NCBI GenBank assembly: GCA_965603825.1
Contig: CBFDEM010000048.1
Coordinates: 248,001 to 312,000, forward strand
Length of the DNA: 64,000 bases
DNA from: Blepharisma stoltei ATCC 30299
Lineage: Eukaryota; Protista; Ciliophora
Reading direction: 5' to 3'
Under the pieces are notes generated by a model that saw nothing but the letters and a program-made list of their open reading frames with translations, had not been told where the DNA came from and did no database searches. Below are positions 13,601 through 25,769 of this stretch, in pieces (position 1 is the stretch's first letter; each line of letters begins with the position of its first letter). A program made the translations under genes and the position numbers.

Positions 13601-16600
13601 ATGAGCTTTATCTTTCAAACAAACTAGAAAAATCCAGTCACCCCTTACTTCAGTCTTCTGTTTCCTTGTTATTCAAAGCTATCGAAGTATTTTATACAGG
13701 ATCTCAAGAGACTTGGTTTATTGAGCTAAACGAGCTAGTTTCTGATATGAAAGGCCTTACTGACAAAGACGAGAAATTAGAAATGTTCTTATTTGACACT
13801 TTTAAATCAAAAATTCCAGCAATTGAGTACTTAAAAGAATCATCACATCCATATAGAAGACAAACACGGTCAGAGTTCATTCAAATCCTGGGTGCTGCCT
13901 TTTTAAATATTGAGTTTGACCCACAAAGCAAAGTAGAAAGCCGAGATTCAATTTTCTTCAGCTTTGACCAAAGGGCAAAAGAACCGGCTGAAAAACTACT
14001 TTCTGTGAGCTCTGAAATTTGCACGTCTGCAGGATGGACAGAAACCCCTAAAGGTCCTGATATTGCTCTCTCTAATAACAACAAAACTGTGACCAGAACA
14101 AGTTCAAATGGCTGGGGATGTGCGATTTTCAATGAAACCTATTCCTCTGGAAAAATTAGAGTTAATCTTCATATAGATCAAGATGGAGATTCTGCTTATT
14201 TGTACATCGGCGTTATAAGTGCTGTAGATACTAATTACAATCTCTCTGAGTACATCGGAAGCGATTGTACTAGAGAAACATGGTCCTGGAAAAAATCTGG
14301 AGAGTTCCATAAAAAAGGCTCAATCAGCGCAGGTGTTGAATATGGAGCCAGCGATGTGGTCTCTATGCTTATTGACATTGACTCTCAAGAACTGACTTTT
14401 TATAAGAACGACGAAGAAGTATACAAGTTCACTGGGATTGCTAACGCTGTAGTCCCAGCTGTTTGCTTTGGAGGAAACAATCAGCTTGTTTCAATTGTAT
14501 CTGTAGAAAGGGTTGGAGCTGGAGGGCAAGCTACTTCAATTGCTAAGAAAAAGCTTAAAGTGCAAGGAGATCATGTTTATTCTTGGTTCCCGGTAAATGT
14601 AGGATATGGAAAAGACCATACTTGGAAAGACTATAAAGAAACAGCCACGAGATCAGACGATAAAAGAGCTATCACCCAAATAGGAGATGAGCCTGCAATT
14701 TATGATACAACTCCAGAATTTAATGCAGGGAAGCATTATATCGAAACTACCATATGCTCTGATGGAAGAATTGGGCTTGGCTTCGCCTTCAAATCTACTG
14801 TTGACAATCGAATAGTAGCTCATGAAAGCTCAGTCATCATCTATTCAAATGTAGAAGGGTTCAGAATTGGAGACGTTGTTGGAGCATTTGCCGATTTTGA
14901 TGATGGAAAATTCAAATTCTACAAAAATGGTAAATTCCTTGTCACTAAAAGACCCCCATTCCCAATCACTGAGCAGCTAGAAAACCTCAAATTTGTAGCT
15001 GTGCTCACATCTCCCCAGCAAAGAGTAATGGTTTCAGAAACTCCGAAGCTTCCTACTGATGTTGATAATTTTAATATCAATGTAAACACAGAATCATCTT
15101 GCTGGGGCTACAAATTTAAAGTGAGTCCTGAATTCAGAGGAAGAAGCAAAAAATTGATTGAGTCATTTTTAGAATTTGCAGCAGATGATGTGAAAACTGA
15201 GTGGAATGACGTGTATTGTCCTAAATATAAGCGTCTATTTAAGACAGGAGCAGCTGAACAGCTGATTATTTATTTAGACGAAATGACACAATCTAAAGGA
15301 AAAGATGTAATGGCTCTGACAAATGAAGAAATCGACCCTTCAGAAGGGGAATTAATCTATTACCCAGAGCTTGAAAAGGTAAGCAAAGATGATATGAGGG
15401 GCCTTTATCAGATTTTACTTAATTTCAATAAAAGAGTTCAAGAATCACTATATCTGTTCAATTTGCATATAGAATCTTATCAATCAATGACTGAGCTGCA
15501 AAGGGTTTTCGCTGGATCGAGATGCTATGTATTTTTCAAAATCAAGAATGGACTATTAAAAGATTGCTTAGCAAAGACTAATTCAGATACAAGAGGAGAC
15601 ATAACAATTGATAGACCAAAAGCAGCTAGACATAGAGACAGAGGAGATGTTGATACAGCTGGACAATTCTCTGTATTTGGACAAATTTATAGAGCACTTA
15701 TAAATAGAACTAATAGAGAATATAGAAATGCTGAAAGAGTTTATACAGTGAAGTATAGAGGAGAAGCTTCAATCGATGCTGGTGGTCCTTATAATGAAAC
15801 CATGAGCAATATGTGTAATGAGCTTCAATCTTCATATTTAAGGCTACTAGTCCCATGTCCAAATAATGTCCACAATATCGGAGAAAACCGAGAATCTTGG
15901 ATTATTAACCCAGCTGCTGATACTCCACAGGATTTAGAGCTCTTCAATTTCCTTGGGAAACTTATGGGCTGTGCCATCAGAACTCAAAACAACCTTAACC
16001 TTTCTCTTCCCCCTCTCTTCTGGAAACGCCTATTTATGGATCCGCTTACAATAAGAGACTTAAGAGGCTCGGACGTCTGTATTGTGCAAATTCTTGAAAT
16101 TTTAAGAAACCCAGCGGACAATCAATTAACCCCTGAAAATTTTGCTTATGCTTATGATGAGAAATTTACCACAAAGGATTCAAGTGGCAGAGAGGTTGAG
16201 CTAATTCCAGATGGAAAAGAGAAGCAAGTTACTTACCATAACGCTGGAGAGTATGCAGATTTAATTGAAAAATATCGGCTTAATGAAAATCCTAAAGCTT
16301 ATGAAGCCATTCGAGATGGAATAAGTGCAGTTGTTCCTATTGATTACTTAAATTTATTCAGCTGGAAACAAATTGAAATTTTGGTTTGTGGTGCTGCAAA
16401 TATTGACATCGAAATCCTAAAAGCAAATACTGACTACGAAGGATGCACAGCGACTGATCCTCATATCTTGCTGTTTTGGGAGTCTCTCACAGAGATGATA
16501 CCTAAAGAGCGAACTCTATTTTTAAAGTTTGTGTGGGGAAGATCAAAATTGCCATCAGGAAGAGACTGGAAGCATATGAAAATAACAAGATATAACCCTC

Positions 16601-16773
16601 CAGGCCAAGTCAATAACTATCTCCCTATTTCTCACACTTGTTTCTTTACAATTGACTTGCCTCCATATACTAACAAAGAAACAATGAAATCAAAATTGCT
16701 TTATGCAGTCACTCATTGCACAGATATTGATTTAGACGGCACCGCTAGCGGTGGCTGGGAAGAAGAAGATTAA
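4618..16773 (+). CDS. Giant HECT E3 ubiquitin ligase with SPRY and CUB-like domains (HECTD4/ZZEF1-like architecture), 4051 aa
   Basis: Four same-frame ORFs are joined by TGA at 5698, 6178 and 7255, with no TAA/TAG in the gaps. C-terminal HECT (GEASIDAGGPYNE ... LPISHTCFFTIDLPPY, catalytic Cys); SPRY-like segments; ESxHxY...FHSDGSVxYWG CUB-like repeats. Confidence 0.9.
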
Positions 16774-16842
16774 TAACCTTAAAAAATAAATAAAAACTTA
16801 CAAGGAATTAATTTGAATTATTTAAATTAATATATTCCTATA

Positions 16843-19707
16843 ATGGACGAAGATTTATCAATTTCTAGGATCCACAAAGAAGACAGCACAGGAAGTTTAT
16901 CAGATGACGATCTTTTTTTTGAAGAAGACGCCGAAAAAGAAAGCCCCACTGAAACTTCAACTGACGCAAAATCCGCGCTCGGCGACAAGATGATTTCCAT
17001 GAACTTACTGGACTACCGCAAATTATCCAACATCAAACGTGACTTTATGCTACGAGAGGAAGGTCTTTTGAAATCAGAATTTATTTCAATCATGCTACAC
17101 CACATTCCAGAAATCAAGGACAAAGTCAGCCTCGTCAATTCATTGAATGATCTTTTTGCTGAAATTGATGTAAATGATGACAAGCATCTGGAATGAGACG
17201 AGTTTTCGAATTATATTATAGAGATAGGGCTTGTTAAAAAAGACCATGGGTTTGTTGATATCATAAAAAATTATAAGCAAGCTGAATGAAGAGATTCAGT
17301 TAAGCATGACAATGACATTGAGTATATTCATTATATTCCACCGTTGAAGCAGCTGCTGGTTATGGAAAGAGATAATAAGAAATTTAAAGTTTACAATATG
17401 AAAACAGGAAAATTTGAAAGAGAAGTAAGAGGGCATCAAGGAGCTGTTATTGGAGCACATTATTTGTCTGAGTATTCGACAGTTGCGACATCAAGTAATG
17501 ATTTATCTATTATGCTTTGGGATGAGACGAGCTATTCATTAAATCATAAAATTGATAGCCCAATTATCCCAATTACATTGGCAAATTATGATAGGAATCT
17601 TTATGCAGGTGGGCCTGAAGGAATGATTTATTATTGAAATTTGTACGATGTGTTTGAAAGAGAGAACAGAGAAAATTATATGCAATATCCCAAACCAAAA
17701 GAGTTTCATCACACAAATGCTGTAACAACTATGCTGCCAATTCCAGGGTTAAATATTTTAGCAACAGGAGATCTTGATGGGAAGCTGCTATTATGAGACA
17801 TCCCAAGTCATCAACCTAACAGAAAAATGAAAGAGTTATCTAAAGGAATTTACTCACTTGACTGGAGCGCTGACGTTGGATGCTTATTTTCCGCAGGTCT
17901 CGAGAGATCTGCATATGTATGAAATCCATACGTAAATAAATGAATTTACAAATTGTCAGGACACATTCACAGTTTAGTCGGTGTCAAATGTATACCAAAT
18001 TCTCACCAATTGATTACCGCTGACATTTCTGGTATGTTTAAAGTTTGGGATATTAGGACTTTTAACTGCATGCAAAGCTTCAACGCTCCTGTTGCTGAGT
18101 TGAACTGTTTCACAGTTTCTTTCCCCGAAAAGAAAATAATTGCTGGGTCAAAAAAAGTTCTTCAATATGCATATGAGGAGCCAAAGGACCAAAATAAAGT
18201 CGATGAAACAATTGCAATTTGCTGCTATTATAACCCTCAATATCATACTTTTATTACAGCTCATTCAGGCTGTGTTAAAGTGTGAAACGCAGCAACCGGA
18301 CGACTTTCCAGAGTTTTCAGAGATTTGACTCCAGGAGACATCACGGCTCTAATTATGGATGATAAGTATAGAAAAATGTATATAGGAGATTCTCAAGGAC
18401 ATGTGTACACTTTTAAAATTAAAAATGGAGCAAGAATTAAAGAATTTAAACAGCATACTGGAGAAGTTACAAATCTGTTGTTTTGGCCTGAATATAAATA
18501 TTTAATATCAACTTCATGGGATTGCAGAGTAAGAGTTCATGATGACTCCAAAAGTGATGACCTTGGCATTCTGAGATTTGACAAAATTAAGCATAACGAT
18601 ATAGTCAATTCTGTAGATTTAAAGCAAAAAAGCAGACTAATTGGATCTTGCAGCGATGATGGGTCTATTTTATTGACAAATTTAAGGACTTTAAGACAAG
18701 AATCAGAACTTACAGGGCATGATGCAGAAATAAAAAACCTCAAGTTTTTGAATCCTCATAATTGCTTAGTTGCCTGTGATTTATCAGGCAATCTTTATTT
18801 CTGGGCAATTTCTCCAAGCAACGTTAAAAATACTTTGCTTGTGAAAACTCAAAATACTGTTGAAAACGAAATGGGAGGCACAGATTCATCTCCTATTCAA
18901 GCCTTAGCATGATCTCAAAATCTTCAAACCTTATTCACTGGAGATGATTCAGGCAACTTACGGCAGTGAAAATTAGATTCCCTATTAAACAAACTGGCCA
19001 GTTTAGGCTCCAAGCATGAAAAAGCAAAAAGCGGCTCAAACGAATGCCCTGATTCCACAACATTTTATATGACTGCAATAGCTCTGGGTGTCGACAAAAT
19101 GTCAAAAATAAATAGCAGCGATATTGCTTTGAAGACTGAATGAAAAGCACACGATGAATCCATCCTAAGCCTAAGTCTGGTAGAAGATATTTCTATCATA
19201 ATTACTTGTTCATTTGACTGTAGAGTTCATATATGGAATTATTCTGGAACTCGCTTAGGTACTCTGATTGTGGGAGGCGACCCAAGTTGAGATGTGAAAA
19301 TTGATACAATTCCTAAAATAGAAACCGCCAGAAAAGAAGCGATTTCTCTTTTGGAAGAGTCTCAAAATCAGACTTATGAAGAAGTCATTAGCCAAATGAA
19401 TCCAACTGGTAAAGAAATTTCTGATTCAGATGAAAGCTCTGAGGAATTTCAAACTATGACAGATTCGAAGAAAAAGGGAAGCCCTAGCAATATATCGCTT
19501 CCTTCTATTAAGAAAAGATCAGAAGCGCTTAGAAGACTGGATTCAAGCTCAATGAGGCAATCTCCAATGAAGTCTGCTAAAGTATCTTCAAAAAACGTTA
19601 ATAAATCATTTTCAGTTGGGCAGAAGCCTGAAACAGTGAGAGCGAAACCATTTCAAACAAAAAGAGATCTTTCTCAGTCAGGGAGACGAGTTTTGTCAAA
19701 GAAATAA
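16843..19707 (+). CDS. EF-hand plus WD40-repeat protein (WDR49/WDR64/EFCAB8-like), 954 aa
   Basis: Single frame with 11 in-frame TGA (17194, 17287, 17635, 17794, 17920, 17941, 18283, 18910, 18967, 19141, 19288), most at WD/WN positions. EF-like EIDVNDDKHLEWDEF; GH...WD repeats. Confidence 0.88.
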
Positions 19708-19950
19708 ATATTTAAACAATTGCTAATTTATTTAAATTTTGCTGACTATTTATAATATTATCATTTTATAATTTAAATAAAATTTTTGATAAATGATTTG
19801 AAAAAAATTCCTTATTTTCATTATTGCGACATCCAATCCTTATATTTTAATTGGATATTATTATGATTTAATCGACATAAAGCATATCAATTATGCAAAT
19901 CAATGAAATAAACTATTAAATCACCTGCATTTAAGTTAAAGAATATATAA

Positions 19951-20541
19951 ATGTCAGAAGCTCCAGATACAATCTTATCAAGTATTCTTCGTAAACGATC
20001 ATCTCACTGACCCTACTTAAAGCGTTGGCATTCAAGAGTATTCGTATTAGATGATAATTTCCTGTCTTACTATCACCCTGACAATCTAGAAAAACCAAAA
20101 CAAAAAATTCCAAGAGACATGATCATTATGGTGCGAGCCAGTCCAAAAGATCCCACAGAATTTGAAGTCTACCTAGAGCAGCGAAAAATCAGATTAAGAG
20201 CTGAAGATAGACTTGAAAAAGTCGCCTGAATTTCTGCGCTGAAGCCATCAAAAAAGTACTCAGAGTTGCATCCTCCTCCTTTGAAGCATAATTCGGTTCG
20301 ATTAGAAGATTTCGTATGCAGTCTTGCCACAAAACAATATTCATTCATGAAAGACATTTTAGTGGCAAGGTACATGAAATTGCTCACCAAAGGATTTCAA
20401 TTATTTATATCAGGAGTTGCACACAAGAAAAGCGTGGAGCTTAATAGCACTCAAAGAGTCAGGGAAGCTGCGCTTTTAAGGATTTTAGAAAATTACAATG
20501 TCCGATTAAAACAGCTTGTATTTAGAAAGCTAGAAACCTAA
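19951..20541 (+). CDS. PH-domain protein, 196 aa
   Basis: ATG 19951. LRKRSSH[W]PYLKRWHSRVFVL...LSYY...IRLRAEDRLEKVA[W]ISAL, with TGA 20008 and 20227; the latter is the invariant PH helix Trp. Confidence 0.85.
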
Positions 20542-20585
20542 TGTATTTATATTCTTGTGAATGATTATAATAATAAAATTAAATA

Positions 20586-21005
20586 ATGTATTATCTCCCA
20601 TACATAGTGCTACCACCTGTTCCTCCTCCGCCCCCACCAGATCCTCCATCACCTCCTAGAGAGATTCATATTGATCCTGTTCTGGATACCCCTGAAGAAA
20701 TCGCAAAATGAATTGCATCGAGGAAGCGAAATTTTCCATCAAAAAAGAATGTGATAAAGAAAGAGATGAAAGAAAAAGAAAAGGAGGAAAGGGGAGATTT
20801 AAGCAAATTTGAGCTGAGGATGAGGAAAAGATTAGCGCTAATTAGAAAAATAAATAAAAGAGAAGAAGAGAGGCAAGGTCAAAATCCTTTTCTTAAATAT
20901 ATGTCTTTGAGAAAAAAATTGCTGAACAACCAGATTTTGACTGAGCAAAGGCTACTGCTGCAATGCATCAGATATTGCGTAAAACATAATTTTTTACAAG
21001 AATAA
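20586..21005 (+). CDS. NUFIP1: NUFIP1/Rsa1-like box C/D snoRNP assembly factor, 139 aa
   Basis: Pro-rich N-terminus, then LDTPEEIAK[W=TGA 20709]IASRKRNFP (NUFIP1/Rsa1 conserved motif) and C-terminal LLQCIRYCVKHNFL. Confidence 0.8.
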
Positions 21006-21252
21006 TTCATAGTGAAAATAATCCATAAATTTTTTATATATAAATTCTATCAAGTTATGAAAGGTATCAACATAGTCAGGGTGGCTATATAGACCATATT
21101 CTTCCAAAATTATTTAATTTTTGTTTTAATTTCAATACAAAATTATATTTTTCATAGCCTATTAAAATAAGGAATTAATAATGCTATTTAAAGACATTTC
21201 TTATTTGAATTCCAATTCTAGAATTTCCATGAGTTTATTATCAAAAATTTAT

Positions 21253-21651
21253 CTAATTACAATTTGGAAAGCAATCCAAGATTAAATTCTTTGAGACCTT
21301 CCTATTTTTAAGCAAAATTGTTTCGGGATTAGTTGTGGAACATGCTTTTTTAAATTTACTTTTTAGGCTAGGTGTAGAAATATCATGTGAAGCTTTTACT
21401 ACCTTTGGCATAGCAAACTCGCGATGTGTTAACGAAATTTGATCTGCCTGTCTGGAAGCCAAAGACTGCTTTCTTTTTAATCTCGGAGAAATATAGGCTG
21501 TGGTTCTTATCATAGAAGGCATAGAAAGTCTAAATTTTGGAGTTGAATCAGCCTTAGAACTATATGAGTAGATAGCCCTGCAAGTATCTGATCCTTGATC
21601 TGTGTCATCTGTAAATGTTTTAAAAGGGTTTAGCCGAACTGTTTTATCCAT
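21253..21651 (-). CDS. Hypothetical basic protein, 132 aa
   Basis: ATG in A-rich context (TATAAATG), TAG stop, AT-rich flanks; no recognisable domain. Confidence 0.55.
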   Translation of the reverse strand: MDKTVRLNPFKTFTDDTDQGSDTCRAIYSYSSKADSTPKFRLSMPSMIRTTAYISPRLKRKQSLASRQADQISLTHREFAMPKVVKASHDISTPSLKSKFKKACSTTNPETILLKNRKVSKNLILDCFPNCN

Positions 21652-22033
21652 TTATAAGTATGCAACAATTGGATCTATTTGAATTTCAAAAAACAAAATT
21701 AATCAAATCAAAAATCAAGATGCAAGTGTCTGCGATTGCCAAATCTATAAAAATTAAAATAATTATAAAAATTTATATACAATATTGATTTCAACTAAGA
21801 ATTAGATTTTCTATTATAATACGATAAACCTGCAAATTAAATGAATCAAACAGATAAATAGCTATTTAAAGCAATATAAAAAAAGGTCAATTGCTTTATT
21901 TTAAAAAAAGCAAAACAATCAAAAAATTCTATAAAAGAAACTGCCATTATAAAATCTTAATGAAATACATTTAAGAATTATTTTATATAACTAAAGCTCT
22001 CTGATTTGTTTGAAGGAAACCAATAAAATATTT

Positions 22034-22831
22034 TTATCAAGGCTCTATATCATTAGGACTGAACATTTTTTGTGAATTTTTTACTTTTTCCTTACTAATC
22101 AAGTTATTTTTTGCTTTAAGCTTGATTATAGGGGTTTCAATTTTCAATTCATTCGGGCTATCCAAGTCACATGTGATACTTTTATTTATCTTCGAATCTG
22201 AAAGCCTTTTACGAATGATTTTATTTGGAGTTTCAATAATTCTTTTAATTCTTATATTTCCAGAAACACTCTTAGTCAAAGATTTTTCCTGTTTGCCTTC
22301 AATTTCTAGCCTACATCTAAATTACTTTCCTTGAGGAATTGAATAAGTTTTATTAACGCTCTTTCCAAAATCTCTATAAAATTTTCCTTGTTTAATACGA
22401 TTTATTTTTGGTGAAGTTTTTGGTCTCAGGCCTTGCACAAAAAATTCAGAGCATAATGGAAGTTCACCGTTGTCTCTATATGAATCTGTGATATTATTTC
22501 CTAGCTTTTTGAGAGATGAATGATGGCCTTGAAATGGTTTTATTCGAGATTGCATTAGCAATTGCTGGTTTGGCTTACTTGGCTTATCTTTTGGAAAATT
22601 TTCAAAGCTTCCATATGAAGAAAGGTTTTTGTTGCTTTTATACCCAATACTTGACAATTCCAAATTTATGAACTTTGACTTACTTAAAACCGGAGAAAAT
22701 TCTAATGACGAAGTAAAATAAGGGCTAGCAAAATTATTGCATATTGAATCTAAAACACTTAAAAGTCTTTCACACGTCCTTTCGCCTTTAAAGTTTCCTT
22801 GTATTTCTGTTTGTGACAAATTTTTTCTCAT
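22034..22831 (-). CDS. Hypothetical basic low-complexity protein with one 15-nt intron, about 260 aa
   Basis: ORFs 22322..22831 and 22037..22279 are in the same frame and joined by intron 22311-22325. Ends ...IEP-TGA-TAA (W, then stop). Confidence 0.65.
22311..22325 (-). other. 15-nt spliceosomal intron GTAATTTAGATGTAG
   Basis: GT..AG with A at -6; removes an in-frame TAA between two same-frame ORFs. Confidence 0.75.
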
Positions 22832-23359
22832 AATTTAGTGTCCAATAAAAGTAATAAAAAATGAATATGTTTGATGAAACTGTTCTTGATTCCTAATAGC
22901 AAGTCTCAAAAGAGAGTATTTTTAATTTATAGCTTATATAAGCTCGGAAAATAGTTATCTTAAATTAGCAGCTTTGCATATTTGATGAATTTTAAAAGTA
23001 TTGAATGATTTTATCTTATAGGTTTTCTCTTTTATTTTTTTTTAAAATTGATCATCTTTTATTAACTAGGATATTCTCAAAAATTTATTTCTACATCAAA
23101 TCTATAAGTTTACTTAATAGTTTAATTGAGCTTTGAACAATTAAATAGATTATTTTAACTATTTTCATAAGATGTTGGCTTTTAATTATAAATTTAAAAC
23201 TCTTTGATAAAGCTAAAGCAAGCCTTTAAAGGTCCCTATTGTAGTCTTTATTACAAGAACTCGTAGATTTTTTAATAGCTCTCGTGGCATTAATATTAAA
23301 ATGCAAAGCATTTTTTGGGTATATTTATACTTTAGTAATTATTGTAGCTTTAAAATAAA

Positions 23360-24640
23360 TTATTTAAGTTTTTTCCCTACAATCGGTTTATTTGGTACTT
23401 TTCCTTTTACTCTTATTTCAGGATTATTTGCATTATTCACAACTATAGTTTTTCCAACACCTTGAGATGGAGCATCTAAATTACTAGGTAAGCTCGAGAG
23501 CTGAGTAATTGATGGAGGCAATATTTCAGGTAGAGGATTATTTAATTTTGCTGCAGGCGCTGTTTGAGGTCTTCCAAACACAGGAGCAGGCTTCCAATTA
23601 GTTTGTTTTGAATCAGGAGGAATAATATTCTGAATTTCATCTAATAAGTCTTTTTCAGGTGTCTTCACTATTGCAGGCTCAACTATCTGCGTTTCTATCT
23701 TTTGTGTTGGTTCTTCAAAGCCCAAAGCAACATTATCAATAAAATTTGTAGCAGGATTCAAAATATTCATTGCTTCAAAATTTAATGCGCAAACTCCCCT
23801 CATAAACGCTTTTTTCAAGTTGTCTTGGATATTCTTCTTTGCTTCTTCCTCTTCATTTATTTTCGCTTCAGCTTGATTCAATCTTGCTGTCAAAAGTTCA
23901 ATTTCTTTATTATACAAATTTGCTAATTCCTGCTTTTCCGCATTAATTCTGTCTTCTAGTGCTCTTTGTGTTTTCAAATGGTGATATTCAGTTCATTTTT
24001 CTTTCCATGCAGAAAAAATTTCATTCATTACATGTCTTCTCCCCATGGCTTTAGTCACCTTAAGCATTCTTTTTTTCATTTGTGAAAACTGATGATAATG
24101 AAGCCAGGATAGATAGGCTTTTGTAGCAAGCTCTGTATTGTATTTTTGATTTTTAAGATTTCCTGTGCGATTTGCCAAAGCTTCTTTTTGGTTCGTATAA
24201 GTATTGTTTAATTTTTGTGACTCTGCAAGCTGCTCTTTAAGGTGTTCCAATTCGTCTTGTTTAGAGCCCATTAATGCGTTGCACCTTTTTCTTTCAGATT
24301 CGATTGTGGTGATCTGCTCATGCAGAATTTGTCTTTTTACTGATAAAAACTCTTTGATTGTCTCGTTTCTGAAATTTCCGATCATCGAGTCTAGTCTTGT
24401 AGTGAAGTTTTCAACGTCTTGGTCAATTATTTGGGGGTGATGATACATGTTTGCCGCTTCAGGCTCTTGAATGACAGGGGTAAAACTTTGGTCTTGGGAG
24501 CTTGGAATGACAGGAGATTCGACTTCTTGGCTGTTTACTGTTGAGGTGGAGTCAGGAATTTCTTCTTTAGGCTCAGCTTCTTTGTCAGCGGATAGGCTGA
24601 GCTGTGATATTCGAATGGCATTATTTCGCTTTGGTATCAT
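23360..24640 (-). CDS. POC5: Centriolar protein POC5, 426 aa
   Basis: Two ORFs joined by TGA 23993-23995 (FSAWKEK-W, Sfi1-like centrin-binding Trp spacing); conserved LKKAFMRGVCALNFEAM. Confidence 0.85.
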
Positions 24641-24672
24641 TTAAAATAAGAATATTAAATTTCCTTAATTTT

Positions 24673-25470
24673 TTATGAAATTAGCTGATCTAATAGCTGA
24701 GATGCGTTTTGAAGGGTCGTAAAATAGCTGTCATTTGGATTAATTTTGGCCAGCTGCTGCTCATAAATAGAAAAATCCTCCCCAGCCTGTCTTTTGCATG
24801 CAATCATATTTTTCAGTGAAATGTCCATGTTTTTCCCACCCATTTCATTTGCTAATGATAATGCTTTATTTAAATCTTGTTCTGCTTCCTGATAATTTCC
24901 TTCTTCAAGAGCACAAATTGCTGAAGCATTTAGTAACAATGGAGAGTCCCCAAATTTCTGTGATAATTCGCTAATATTGGAGCTTGCTTCTTCATATTCC
25001 CCTTTTAATATTTGTGTAATGGCCATCATAAACTGCAGAGATGCGTCTTCTTCGCTTTTTGATAAGGCATTTTTAAGGGTGTTTTCAGCAATTTCAGGAT
25101 GTTTAAGCTTCAACATAGCACAAGCGACTAAAGCTGCTTTTTCAGGTGAAGTTTGAGGAGTTGTTTCTATTGCTTGAGAAAAGTCGCCTTCATTGATTAG
25201 AGAAATCGATTTCAGGAATTCGTGGAAATTATACTGGTCAGGTTGGATGCTGGATGCAATTAGCTGGCCTTGGTTGACGTGTGAATTTAATAATTGAAGA
25301 TTTGCAAGAGGAAGAGATGAAGGGGCACTGCTTAATGCTGTTTGCTGACCAATTTCTATCAGTGATGAATAATGAAGAAGTGCTGGGTAAACTCCTTTGC
25401 TGGCCGCATTTGAGTCAATAACACCTTTATAGTTACCTGTGAAAAATTGTCCCCTAAGTTTGTCTTCCAT
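24673..25470 (-). CDS. COPE: Coatomer subunit epsilon (TPR protein), 265 aa
   Basis: LRGQFFTGNY N-terminus, TPR helices and ELSQKFGDSPLLLN pattern typical of epsilon-COP. Confidence 0.75.
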   Translation of the reverse strand: MEDKLRGQFFTGNYKGVIDSNAASKGVYPALLHYSSLIEIGQQTALSSAPSSLPLANLQLLNSHVNQGQLIASSIQPDQYNFHEFLKSISLINEGDFSQAIETTPQTSPEKAALVACAMLKLKHPEIAENTLKNALSKSEEDASLQFMMAITQILKGEYEEASSNISELSQKFGDSPLLLNASAICALEEGNYQEAEQDLNKALSLANEMGGKNMDISLKNMIACKRQAGEDFSIYEQQLAKINPNDSYFTTLQNASQLLDQLIS

Positions 25471-25769
25471 TTATATGATTAGGATAACTAGGGAACTTAT
25501 CTAGAATTTGCAATCTATAAAGTGTAGGAAATATAATTAGAACTGATTTTGAATCAAAAAAAAATTTAATAGTAAAATAAGTAAAATGAGTCATATGCCA
25601 AAATCTTCATATGAATTCATATTTAAATTATGTCATTTTTAATTTTCTAAGCCCCAAGTAGTTGAGATTTTATTTCAATAAATTAGCAATTCCCTTTCCT
25701 AATAATGAATATTTTAATAATTTTAGTTTCTTAAAATAAATTTAAATCTGTTTAGGCGGTAAAAATAAA

